64,000 nucleotides of DNA from an uncultured virus (IMG/VR IMGVR_UViG_3300025769_000078) (taxonomy: Duplodnaviria > Heunggongvirae > Uroviricota > Caudoviricetes): IMG/VR virus record IMGVR_UViG_3300025769_000078. One strand, written 5' to 3'. Each line of letters begins with the position of its first letter. The first letter of the stretch is position 1. Below the pieces are notes generated by a model. The model made no database searches. It had not been told where the DNA came from and saw nothing but the letters and a program-made list of their open reading frames with translations. Shown here piece after piece: positions 9,217 to 17,956 of this stretch. A program made the position numbers and the translations under genes.

Positions 9217-9786
9217 ATGATGAGTGACTTGTTTTGGAAAAACGTCTTTGATGCGCCTGTTGAGATGAAAAGCGTTAGGTCAGGCTCTGATATACGAGAA
9301 AACTGCACGCTTTGTCCAAATCCTAATGCTGTTATTTCAATTCGATACGCTAACCCAACTTTAACAAAAGACTACACACACCATATGTGCATAGACTGCG
9401 CCCAACAATATGATGTGCATGGTATGGTGCATCCATCGGCACTTGGAGATGATGATGTAAAATTAGCAAGCGAACTTACACCTTTCGACATAGCATGGGA
9501 CACTCTTGAAAAGAAACTGTGTCCTGAAGGTAAAGCCGCTGCTAAACGCAAATTCAAAGTTTACCCATCAGCATACGCCAACGGATGGGCGGTGCAATAC
9601 TGCAAGGGTAAGTTCCGTAAGAAAAAGGGTAAGGTGAAAAAAGCCGAAGAACTCAAAGTTTGCCAAGACTGTGGTACGCAATTTGAACTTAACGCTTCAA
9701 GATTTACTGGCCCAAATCCAAATGCGGCATTATGCCCGAACTGTGAATATCACAAAGGGTTTAGCGGTTATTATACAGGGGGCTAA
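9217..9786 (+). CDS. Modular protein: Zn finger, tag, basic YPSAYA module, Zn ribbon
   Basis: CxxC..CxxC, PFDIAWDTLEKK, KRKFKVYPSAYANGWAVQYCKGK, CQDC..CPNC; GGTGA RBS before ATG 9217 (track start 9184). Confidence 0.7.
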   Translation: MMSDLFWKNVFDAPVEMKSVRSGSDIRENCTLCPNPNAVISIRYANPTLTKDYTHHMCIDCAQQYDVHGMVHPSALGDDDVKLASELTPFDIAWDTLEKKLCPEGKAAAKRKFKVYPSAYANGWAVQYCKGKFRKKKGKVKKAEELKVCQDCGTQFELNASRFTGPNPNAALCPNCEYHKGFSGYYTGG

Positions 9787-9791
9787 AAGAA

Positions 9792-9953
9792 ATGAAACTC
9801 AAAAAGCCTTCATGTTGTTGCGGCGGGACGAAAGATACGCCCTGCGTATGCATGATTGAAGGTAGACAGTGTTCAGCAAAAGCACCAAAGTGTCCTTGTT
9901 ATCGTTTGATGGACAAGCAAAAGAGCATCAAAAAAATGGTAGGTGTGTTTTGA
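9792..9953 (+). CDS. 53-aa Cys-rich peptide (metallothionein/Zn-cluster-like)
   Basis: Translated by hand: MKLKKPSCCCGGTKDTPCVCMIEGRQCSAKAPKCPCYRLMDKQKSIKKMVGVF; fills the gap between its neighbours. Confidence 0.6.
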   Translation: MKLKKPSCCCGGTKDTPCVCMIEGRQCSAKAPKCPCYRLMDKQKSIKKMVGVF

Positions 9954-9954
9954 A

Positions 9955-10986
9955 ATGACAGCCTTTACCACTGCTTGGTCTTTGCTGAAAGGTGACCCCA
10001 TATTTTCAGTAAAAGATATTCGTGATTTACGAGAGCGAATAAAAAGAGAAAAAGATACTGGAGTTTACGATGTAAACAGAGGTGACACCAATCTTGAACG
10101 ATTGATGGGTATTTATCCACTGGGACAATCAAGATTTACTCGTGCAGGTATTTTTGACCCTGATGTTCCACATAATGCGGAAAACACAGATAAAAGGTTT
10201 AGACAAGGTTACAGACAACGAATGGACACATCGCCTCGCCCAACTCCAACAAAGGTTGTTCGCATTCCTGACTTTTACCAAGACGAATATGGACACGGAA
10301 TGGCCTATGAACTTCAAGACGAAAAAGGTAACAGATTGTCTCGTCTTGATGCGACGAAGGTAACTCCTGAACAGAATAAATACAATGAATATATAAAAAA
10401 CGCATTACCAATGTTAATTGGTTTGCATGGGAAAACTCCTAAAGAACACCAGCGAAGAGGTTATTATCAACAACTTCTCAATACAATACTACACGATAAC
10501 ATGAACATTCTTTCAACTTCAAGAAACTCAAACTCGCAGCCGTTTCATAGAAGTTTTCAACGACGTTTACCACCTTCTATAGATTTTGAGCAATTAGACC
10601 ATCCGATAGATTCAGAGAGAGCAAGATACCTCTATCAAGCCAACCCAATAAAACAATTCAAAGAGAGAGAGAAGTATCAAACAGCGGGTTGGGGTGACTT
10701 GCGACCTGACTATGGCGTAGCACCGATATTTGATGAACCTGAAGATGAAAGACTTACAAATATGAAAAGAGATATGGGTCAGGGTTACTCAAAACAGACA
10801 CGACTCTATGACAAACGCTTTTTGCCTGAACATAACCCTGAACACCCAAATCACTTGCCTCATCGTAACTATTATGAAACAAAAGATGGAGTTCCTTATT
10901 CAACGGCTGATGTTCTTGCTGACCCGTATCATTGGGATTATAGCGAACATCCCTATTCACGTTCATTGGGTCATTTATTTGGATGA
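9955..10986 (+). CDS. Tagged GNAT acetyltransferase-like protein
   Basis: Starts MTAFTTAWSLLKG; TPKEHQRRGYYQQLL; SRNSNSQPFHRSF; GWGDLRP shared with the paralog. Confidence 0.65.
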   Translation: MTAFTTAWSLLKGDPIFSVKDIRDLRERIKREKDTGVYDVNRGDTNLERLMGIYPLGQSRFTRAGIFDPDVPHNAENTDKRFRQGYRQRMDTSPRPTPTKVVRIPDFYQDEYGHGMAYELQDEKGNRLSRLDATKVTPEQNKYNEYIKNALPMLIGLHGKTPKEHQRRGYYQQLLNTILHDNMNILSTSRNSNSQPFHRSFQRRLPPSIDFEQLDHPIDSERARYLYQANPIKQFKEREKYQTAGWGDLRPDYGVAPIFDEPEDERLTNMKRDMGQGYSKQTRLYDKRFLPEHNPEHPNHLPHRNYYETKDGVPYSTADVLADPYHWDYSEHPYSRSLGHLFG

Positions 10987-10998
10987 GGAGGTAAAGAG

Positions 10999-11400
10999 AT
11001 GAGTGACCGATGCACATGCCACGACGTTCTCGTTATCAAAGACTTGAACCGATGGTTCAAAGAAAAGTGGGTTGATGTTAGTCGTAAAGACAAAGACGGC
11101 AAGCATCCTCCATGCGGTAGAGGCAAAGCAAAGACATCAAGTAAGGGCTATCCAAAGTGTAGACCCAGTGTAAAGGTCAGTGATAAGACTCCAAAAACTT
11201 CAGGCTCAATGTCTGAAGGACAAAAGCGTGCGGCGACAAAGCGCAAGCGCAGTAAAAAACAAGGCGTAGGTGGCAAGCCTACAATAGTAAAAATGGTTGG
11301 TGTAACAAAATTTGGTCAAATGCAGCAGTGTTACACTTGCGGTAATGTTTTTCCAAATTATAGGATGTTAAACCAACATCAACAACAAATGGGGCATTAA
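10999..11400 (+). CDS. Small basic protein (WFKEKWVD...CGR...YPKCRP module) with a C-terminal C2H2 Zn finger
   Basis: GAGGAGG RBS; module type I recognise from marine phage hypothetical proteins; CYTC..HQQQMGH at the end. Confidence 0.75.
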   Translation: MSDRCTCHDVLVIKDLNRWFKEKWVDVSRKDKDGKHPPCGRGKAKTSSKGYPKCRPSVKVSDKTPKTSGSMSEGQKRAATKRKRSKKQGVGGKPTIVKMVGVTKFGQMQQCYTCGNVFPNYRMLNQHQQQMGH

Positions 11401-11411
11401 AAAAAGGTGAT

Positions 11412-11729
11412 ATGATGAGTGCATTTGATGAAGCATGGGACGTTATTGAAAAAGGAAAAAAGAAGTCGAAGCCGTTTCACGGTTACAATCCAAATCGGCA
11501 TCATAAGAAAGGTGGACTAAACGCTAAAGGGCGTGCCAAGTTCAAGCGTGAAACTGGTGCAAACCTCAAGCCACCTGTAACCACCAAGCCAAGCAAACTC
11601 AAGCCCGGTAGCAAGAGAGCCAAACGTCGTAAGTCATTCTGTGCAAGAATGAGTGGAAGCAAAGGCCCAACAAGCAAGGGTGGTAAACTCACACCAAAAG
11701 GTGCAGCACTGAAAAGATGGAATTGTTGA
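11412..11729 (+). CDS. Tagged small basic protein (GGLNAKGR...RRKSFCARM...RWNC module)
   Basis: MSAFDEAWDVIEKG tag; basic module I recognise from marine T4-like phage hypothetical proteins. Confidence 0.8.
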   Translation: MMSAFDEAWDVIEKGKKKSKPFHGYNPNRHHKKGGLNAKGRAKFKRETGANLKPPVTTKPSKLKPGSKRAKRRKSFCARMSGSKGPTSKGGKLTPKGAALKRWNC

Positions 11730-11730
11730 T

Positions 11731-12765
11731 ATGAGTCAGTTTTTCAATGAGGCATGGCGCTTGCTTAAAGCGATACCATCGGGGCAGTCTTTTCGTGGAG
11801 ACATAATGCAACACTTGCCTACTGAATTGAATTACGATGCTTTGCAATCACATTTAGAGCAGAATCCTAATTCTACGCTTGGCGATTTAATGACACCCTA
11901 TCTTACTGGTGAATTTACTAAACCAACGTCTGAAGTATCTACTAATCCTCGTTCTTATCAAGACGAAAATTTACCTTTCCCCTTGAATGAAAACGAAGCG
12001 GCAAGTTTTGTAGGTAATTTTTCCAATCAAGAAGGAGAATATACAGTTCCTCAATCTTATTATCAAAATAATAGAAGTAATGAAGACATTCAAAATCAAA
12101 AAATTCTTTCAAACATGATGAGAGTTTTACATGGTAGACTCAGACACGGCCAAACAGGTTTTGAAATGTCTCCGCCGAGAACAGGAGGAAAAGGAGCAAA
12201 ACTACCAAGTGGTAAAATGGCAAGACATAACATGAGACTTCAAGATTATATGAACACTCCAATATCTGTTCGACAAGCCGAGATGACACCGTTAGCACAG
12301 AATCAACAAATGATAACTACAGGCGAACCAATGAACTTAGGCGTTGGTGTGATTCGTAAAGAGCGAAAGTCGCCTGAAGCCAAGCGACATAAGTTGGAGT
12401 ATGACAAACAATACGAAGCATCTCCTGAACGAGTCAAGTATCGAGAAGAGTTAAACAGAGAACGACGTAGACGTGGGATGTATGGTGACCACTCGCACCG
12501 AGACATATCACACACCGAAGGTGGTAAATTGACAGTAGAAGATGAGCACGACAACCGAGCACGACATTTCAAGGACAAAGGGACAAAGCGCCCTCTAACA
12601 AAGGGTATCAGAGGCGACCTTGAGTTGCTACGAAATCTGATGAATGGCCCAATGGACGAGCAAGATAAGAAGATTGCACAGGCTCTCCTTACCTCATTAG
12701 ATGACTTCAAACAAGAGCAGGGTGGCGAAGACAGAAAAGAGTTGATGCACCCTTACCCATTCTAA
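11731..12765 (+). CDS. Tagged modular protein with an HNH-like basic module
   Basis: MSQFFNEAWRLLKA; YDKQY..KYREELNRERRRRG..DISH..DNRARH resembles a minimal HNH domain. Confidence 0.6.
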   Translation: MSQFFNEAWRLLKAIPSGQSFRGDIMQHLPTELNYDALQSHLEQNPNSTLGDLMTPYLTGEFTKPTSEVSTNPRSYQDENLPFPLNENEAASFVGNFSNQEGEYTVPQSYYQNNRSNEDIQNQKILSNMMRVLHGRLRHGQTGFEMSPPRTGGKGAKLPSGKMARHNMRLQDYMNTPISVRQAEMTPLAQNQQMITTGEPMNLGVGVIRKERKSPEAKRHKLEYDKQYEASPERVKYREELNRERRRRGMYGDHSHRDISHTEGGKLTVEDEHDNRARHFKDKGTKRPLTKGIRGDLELLRNLMNGPMDEQDKKIAQALLTSLDDFKQEQGGEDRKELMHPYPF

Positions 12766-12853
12766 GTTGTCCGACTTGTCTAATGTCTAATATAGACAAA
12801 TAATATATTCTTGTAAAATGTATAAACAATACAACGGACAACTCGGACAACAC
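12766..12853. repeat. Intergenic quasi-palindromic element, copy B
   Basis: Begins GTTGTCCGACTTGTC and ends GACAACTCGGACAAC (15-bp inverted repeat, 1 mismatch) around an AT-rich core; homologous to 1411-1506. Confidence 0.85.
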
Positions 12854-12867
12854 ACCCAGTAACCTTT

Positions 12868-13485
12868 ATGGTGACCCTTACAGTGGACAAGTCAGTGGAC
12901 ATTATGGACAACACAGACCATCACGAAGCAGAAATCAGGCTTATGGGGCTAATTTTGGCTCAGAGCACACTTGTCGGAGTAGCCATTGGTATCTTTGACG
13001 CTGAAGTTTGGCTAAAGCAAGACAGCGTTTGGATTAACGGATTCACCTATGCTATGGGTGCATTCTTTGTTCAGGGTATTGCTTACTACTTCTTCAAAAT
13101 GTTCTTTGAACAAAACCTGCAAGAACGAGTCCGACATGGTAACATCGAAAAACAACGAAGTCATCAATACCGTATGATGCAACAACAGTTTGACAGTCGT
13201 AGAGCCGACATGGAGATGCGAATGCAAGAAGCACAACTTGAGCGTGAACTACGTTGGATGGAACAAAACCCCGGTAAAATGCCCCCAAGTTGGGGTGTTC
13301 AGGGTGGCTCTCCATCTATGGTAGGCTCATTTGACAACAGAGGTGGTGGCTCTTCGGTATTCGATAGTAGTCGTATTCCAACACACGAAGCAAAGGTGCA
13401 ACAACCATTGACACTCGGTATAGACGAGGAAGTCCCACTCAAGAAAGATGGAACTCCCGACAAGCGTTATCTCAAGAAAGAGTGA
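12868..13485 (+). CDS. Two-TM membrane protein with a coiled coil and a C-terminal KKDGTPDKRY basic motif
   Basis: Two hydrophobic segments and a Q/E/R-rich helical stretch; start may be ATG 12904. Confidence 0.75.
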   Translation: MVTLTVDKSVDIMDNTDHHEAEIRLMGLILAQSTLVGVAIGIFDAEVWLKQDSVWINGFTYAMGAFFVQGIAYYFFKMFFEQNLQERVRHGNIEKQRSHQYRMMQQQFDSRRADMEMRMQEAQLERELRWMEQNPGKMPPSWGVQGGSPSMVGSFDNRGGGSSVFDSSRIPTHEAKVQQPLTLGIDEEVPLKKDGTPDKRYLKKE

Positions 13486-13494
13486 GGCGTATGC

Positions 13495-13752
13495 ATGGGT
13501 CGTATCTTTCGCACTCCTTCTGATGATGCTACTGAAAGCACGCTTCGTGCTATTCACATAGCCAATACAGTAGATACAACCTACGAAAGAGCGTGGGGTT
13601 GGGTAAAAACCGTTCTCGCTTCATTCATTACAGCAATTGTTGTCAGCGGTATCGAGTTTCACAATACAGAATTTAGCGTTTATGAGAACACCGTTGAATG
13701 GACTGTTGATAAGTTGGAACGGCTTGTCAATTGGCTCATGTGGTGGGACTGA
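13495..13752 (+). CDS. Small single-TM membrane protein
   Basis: Hydrophobic VLASFITAIVVSGI; GAGG RBS; stop overlaps the GTPase start. Confidence 0.7.
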   Translation: MGRIFRTPSDDATESTLRAIHIANTVDTTYERAWGWVKTVLASFITAIVVSGIEFHNTEFSVYENTVEWTVDKLERLVNWLMWWD

Positions 13753-14474
13753 TGGTAGATGCAGGTGGCACAGCCTTAGTAGGCGCAGCGATGTGGGGTC
13801 AGAATCTCTACAACTCGTATAAACCACGAAGAGTTGGTGTCTATGGAGCACCAATGGTTGGTAAGACAACGCTTGACCGCTATCTCACCACGCCCGGTGA
13901 AATGGAAGAGATACCCGAAGACGAGCGAACAACGCACTCTCGTATTCTCAAGATTGGTAAATTCAAAATGCCAAAGCCAACAAGAAAGAGAGTATCTTGG
14001 CAAGGCGAAAAGCGAGTTGTTTATTCAGCAGACATAGGAGGACAAGAGCGTTTTTGGAATCTTTGGATTGAAGATATGGTGACTCGTAAATGCGAGGCCA
14101 TTGTTTACATGTTCGACCATAGAGCCTTCAAAGGAGGAGATGAAGGGCTTCAGCAAATAGCAGGGTTTCGTTATCTTGTTGATTGCCTCATTGAACGAAA
14201 CTATCGCTATCGTTCTCTTTGGTCGAGATTCAAGGGAAGAAAGTATCACCCAAAGGTTATCATGCTGGTTGCAAACAAGGCTGACCGCTTCTTTGACGAA
14301 ACCGCTTCAAAACTTTGGCACGATGGTCGCATAGGTGAACACAAGATATTCGACCCGTTTAGAGACGACTTAATCAGGTTACAGAAAGCAGGTATTCCTA
14401 CTCGTAGGTCGTTTATGGCAACAAGGATTGGATGGAATGTTGAGAAGACAATGGTGAGCCTACTTACCTCATGA
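13752..14474 (+). CDS. Ras-superfamily small GTPase, Arf/Sar-like
   Basis: G1 GAPMVGKTT, G3 DIGGQERFWNLW, G4 ANKAD, hydrophobic N-terminal helix; TGATG coupling to the upstream gene. Confidence 0.85.
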   Translation: MVDAGGTALVGAAMWGQNLYNSYKPRRVGVYGAPMVGKTTLDRYLTTPGEMEEIPEDERTTHSRILKIGKFKMPKPTRKRVSWQGEKRVVYSADIGGQERFWNLWIEDMVTRKCEAIVYMFDHRAFKGGDEGLQQIAGFRYLVDCLIERNYRYRSLWSRFKGRKYHPKVIMLVANKADRFFDETASKLWHDGRIGEHKIFDPFRDDLIRLQKAGIPTRRSFMATRIGWNVEKTMVSLLTS

Positions 14475-14529
14475 CCCAAAAAATGACCCCATAGGTAGCC
14501 TTTTCAATAACAATGGTTTCGGTGTAATT

Positions 14530-14727
14530 ATGACAGGCAAGAACTCTTCAACAACACTCGTATCTACTGGTGGCGGTAGTCGTAGTCTTAGAACCACTGT
14601 TCCGATGTGGATTGTTGAGCATTTTGGCTTGACCGCTGGTGACAGCGTAGATTGGAAGTTTGTTGTTCAAGAGGGACACATTGTTGTAGTCATGACTCCT
14701 ACGACTGAGCAGGTCGTGATAGCGTGA
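14530..14727 (+). CDS. AbrB/MazE/SpoVT-type DNA-binding protein
   Basis: SLRTTVPMWIVEHFGLTAGDSVDW matches the swapped-hairpin signature. Confidence 0.8.
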   Translation: MTGKNSSTTLVSTGGGSRSLRTTVPMWIVEHFGLTAGDSVDWKFVVQEGHIVVVMTPTTEQVVIA

Positions 14728-15656
14728 TGTCATGGAATAGACCTCAACAGAATCTAACTGAAGCCGAACTTGCTATACTCGCCGCACAAGGTAACAATCA
14801 ACTTACTCAGGCGGCTCTTCAAGAGATGTTGATGGCTCAACAAGGTATGCAAGAGGTTGCCGCTGCTCAAAACATTGAAGTTCCCAAAGTCAATTTTTAT
14901 CCATCACGTCATGCTGACCCAAAGAAGGCTCGTCGTAAAGACATCAAGCAAGCATACAAACTTCTCCAACCAGCAAAGCGTTCTTGGATAAACCCGTTTC
15001 GATGGGCGTTAGGTCGAAAGTATCGTTACAACAAAGATACAGGAACGTGCGTTGTCGATGGGTGCAACTGTGCAAATTTGATTCAACATGATAATCTCTA
15101 CATGAAAATCAGCGATGAAGAAACAGGTCGCTCTCTATGGGAGATGTATTGGCAAAACCCAGTAACAGGGCAACCTGAAGCATTTATTGCTCAGGACAGA
15201 GTTACCAGTGGTAAGAAAATGCGTGGCACATACTGTCCTGAACATATGCATCTTTACCATCTTCTAAACAAGTGGGAGGCCGAAGAGGACAAACAAAACG
15301 AGATGAATCCAAATCGTCTTCGTGATAAAGTGAAAAGAGGTGTGTCAATTGTGACAGTTCCTATTTCATCTGTCAAGAAAAACGACCCTACACCAGCCAT
15401 GCTACAGAAGTATGAACCATTTTTTGCTGAGTTAGAAAGAGATTCAGGTAAAACAAAAGGCATCAATATCCTTCATTATGCGAATCCAGCAACTGGACAG
15501 AATGATGTTACGATGGTGGTTTTTGATTTGCGTATCTTCCAAATGGAGTTGCAACAAATGAACATGCCGACACAAGCGTTTCAAGAGTTGCTTAATGTTG
15601 AAAATGCTAAAATGCAACAGAACCTTGATGGTGGATTAGGCACTGGGGAGGTCTGA
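14724..15656 (+). CDS. Hypothetical protein with possible Zn ligands (CVVDGCNC...YCPEH)
   Basis: 310-aa ORF coupled to the AbrB-like gene. Confidence 0.75.
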   Translation: MMSWNRPQQNLTEAELAILAAQGNNQLTQAALQEMLMAQQGMQEVAAAQNIEVPKVNFYPSRHADPKKARRKDIKQAYKLLQPAKRSWINPFRWALGRKYRYNKDTGTCVVDGCNCANLIQHDNLYMKISDEETGRSLWEMYWQNPVTGQPEAFIAQDRVTSGKKMRGTYCPEHMHLYHLLNKWEAEEDKQNEMNPNRLRDKVKRGVSIVTVPISSVKKNDPTPAMLQKYEPFFAELERDSGKTKGINILHYANPATGQNDVTMVVFDLRIFQMELQQMNMPTQAFQELLNVENAKMQQNLDGGLGTGEV

Positions 15657-15660
15657 TACG

Positions 15661-16323
15661 ATGTTCAACTTTGGTAATCAACAACCTCAGCAAAGCGGAT
15701 TTAACCTGTCTCAAACAGGTGGAGGCGGTATTAATCAGATAACCACAGGCACTGGTGCTCAAAACGGTTTTTCTCTTGGTGCTCAACAACAACAGCCAAA
15801 TCCATTCATGAATGGAATGATGGGTAGCATGGGAATGAACCAGCAACAACAAATGATGATGCAAAATGGACAGTTTGCGCCGCCAAGTGAAATGGAACTT
15901 TTGTCGGCTTTGCTACAATCACAAAATCCAATTCATCGTTTTATCAGAGATGGTGGGCTTCAAACACTCATAGAGTTGGTTGCCACTACAACCAGTCTTA
16001 GTTTGCTTACAATACTAAAGAGTGCCTCATTCTCATTGGATGAAGATACTGGTGTTATGAAACTTGACCCTGCTACACTACCATCTGATTTACAAACACT
16101 CAGCGTTGAAAACGTCAGCATGATTCTCAACAACATGACGGCTCAAAGCAATCAAAAATTCCAAGAGGCTGAAATGCAACGTCAGCAAATTATGGCTATG
16201 TCGCAACAGTCGATGATGGGCGGTGCTTTGGCGGCGGCTATGGCTGATGAAGGAACGATGCAAAAAGTGGGTAGCGGTATTGGTAGCGTTGCTCGTGGTC
16301 TTATCGGACTACCAAGAAACTAA
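15661..16323 (+). CDS. Q/M/G-rich protein, possibly membrane-associated
   Basis: Low-complexity N-terminus, hydrophobic LIELVATTTSLSLLTIL, amphipathic C-terminus; GGAGGT RBS. Confidence 0.7.
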   Translation: MFNFGNQQPQQSGFNLSQTGGGGINQITTGTGAQNGFSLGAQQQQPNPFMNGMMGSMGMNQQQQMMMQNGQFAPPSEMELLSALLQSQNPIHRFIRDGGLQTLIELVATTTSLSLLTILKSASFSLDEDTGVMKLDPATLPSDLQTLSVENVSMILNNMTAQSNQKFQEAEMQRQQIMAMSQQSMMGGALAAAMADEGTMQKVGSGIGSVARGLIGLPRN

Positions 16324-16332
16324 GGTGATACA

Positions 16333-16572
16333 ATGCAATCAAGTGATTATGGAATAAAAATAAGTCAGGCGAGCAGTTCGATTTTTGCTCCAAGCCGAAA
16401 CATCATTGTTGAAATGATAATGGTTCAGTTTATCTCTGTGATTATCGCTGGTGTGTCTATTTTAATTTTCAAAGGAGATGAAATGAGTAGCGGAGATGTT
16501 AGTGTTTTCGTTGTAGGTATCTTCGGAGCACTTATTTTCTTAACCACGCTTTACTCCCGAATCACTCGGTAA
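16333..16572 (+). CDS. Small two-TM membrane protein (holin-like topology)
   Basis: Two hydrophobic helices in 79 aa; AGGTGA RBS. Confidence 0.7.
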   Translation: MQSSDYGIKISQASSSIFAPSRNIIVEMIMVQFISVIIAGVSILIFKGDEMSSGDVSVFVVGIFGALIFLTTLYSRITR

Positions 16573-16815
16573 CCACTCTCCTATTGGACATCCAACCGAG
16601 GGTGCAAGGGCTTTAATTTTCATAACGCAACTACAGAGTTTGCAAGTCCCCATTCGTTTTTGCATGTAAGGACAACTGTAGCATTTGTCCAGCCGTTTCA
16701 TGTATTCTGACGTTGAAACTCTACGACCTTGTAGTGCGTCTTTTGAAGCCTTGAGTAAGTCTTTCCCACGTTTCTTGAGAGGTTGTTTCGGAACTCTCTC
16801 GTATGGTGGGAGCAT
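16540..16815 (-). CDS. Small basic Cys-rich Zn-binding protein
   Basis: RLDKCYSCP..TCKLCSCVMKIK..CPIGEW pattern, typical of small viral Zn proteins. Confidence 0.7.
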   Translation of the reverse strand: MLPPYERVPKQPLKKRGKDLLKASKDALQGRRVSTSEYMKRLDKCYSCPYMQKRMGTCKLCSCVMKIKALAPSVGCPIGEWLPSDSGVKRG

Positions 16816-16874
16816 GTCACTACGAAGAGGTTCAGAAGAAAAAGGGTTATGGGTAATGTTGCTTTAAGCGTGTC

Positions 16875-17558
16875 ATGGCGGAGGGTGGTGGTATCACAAA
16901 AAGGTCTTGCCCTTTGTGCCAACATCCGAGTCGTGCTGACTTAGAAAAAGGGCTACTGGATGGTGAAATATCACCAAAGCAACTTGACAAAGATATGGGC
17001 TGGCGACTCAATACAACAGACCGTCACTTTCGTAACCATATGGGTCAATACCACATGGCATCGAATCCTCAGTGCAAGGTATGCGCTCACGTTGAAAGAG
17101 CCGACTTTGAGCGTCGATTCTTTAGTGACGGCGCTGAATCAGAGGCTATTGCTGAAGAACTTGGCATCTCTGAAGCATCGGTATATCATCACATGAAGCA
17201 TCACTTTCAACCGTTAGTTCAAAGAAGCGCCGCTGCTGAGATAACATTAGTCGTAGGAGAAGAGATAAATGCGCTCAGGTCAAACGTCGAATTGCTCAAC
17301 CATAAATTGTCTGAACTGCTCAATGAGGGCAGTGTTCATGAAGATGGCTTCGTCAAAGATGCAGTGTCACTGCACAAAGAAGTCAGAGAGTCAATAAAGG
17401 ACTTGCTGAAGATGAATGAACAATGGAGTCCTACATCTGAGAACAGTCAAGTCAATAACACAATTAACATTCTCAAAGTCGAACTTGGAAAAGAAAGCCC
17501 TGACTCATGGGCGAGAATCCGTGAGTCACTATTGGAACACGCAGGTGATATGAATTGA
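16875..17558 (+). CDS. Tandem Zn-finger/HTH protein with a coiled coil; candidate terminase small subunit
   Basis: Two CxxCxH...HxxxH repeats with HTH-like IAEELGISEASVYHH, then a coiled coil; lies upstream of TerL. Confidence 0.55.
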   Translation: MAEGGGITKRSCPLCQHPSRADLEKGLLDGEISPKQLDKDMGWRLNTTDRHFRNHMGQYHMASNPQCKVCAHVERADFERRFFSDGAESEAIAEELGISEASVYHHMKHHFQPLVQRSAAAEITLVVGEEINALRSNVELLNHKLSELLNEGSVHEDGFVKDAVSLHKEVRESIKDLLKMNEQWSPTSENSQVNNTINILKVELGKESPDSWARIRESLLEHAGDMN

Positions 17559-17956
17559 TGCCAGTTCCAGTTCCTGACTTATTGCAAATGACGCACCCTG
17601 CGTTTACATTCGTAGAGTGTGACCGACCAATTTCTGAAAACGCTGTTCCAGTGTATCTTGATTTTTGCCGTTGTGTCACAAAGCGATTTGAGCACTACGG
17701 CGAGTTGGACGTTACACCGCCTGACTTGTTCAAGTTGCTGGCAAAATCGTTTGAGACAGTGTTTGAAGATGACGACCCTGTGACATTTTTCCCTGCTTAC
17801 GAACTCATTCCTCGTTTGCTTGAAGAGTTTGAGCACACAATTGAGAACATGACACACGCATTCCAAGACAGTCCAAGAGTAGCGTCGTTCTATAGAAAAA
17901 TGGCGCAAAAGTTGCGACAATGTTTTGAACATCATATCGTGGGGGATAATTCATGA
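17555..17956 (+). CDS. Hypothetical protein (133 aa)
   Basis: Overlap-coupled to both neighbours; GGTGA RBS. Confidence 0.7.
   Translation: MMPVPVPDLLQMTHPAFTFVECDRPISENAVPVYLDFCRCVTKRFEHYGELDVTPPDLFKLLAKSFETVFEDDDPVTFFPAYELIPRLLEEFEHTIENMTHAFQDSPRVASFYRKMAQKLRQCFEHHIVGDNS

Noticed and set aside
14530..15656. AbrB-like gene plus downstream ORF as a toxin-antitoxin pair
   Set aside because: The downstream 310-aa protein shows no PIN, MazF, RelE or Fic motifs.
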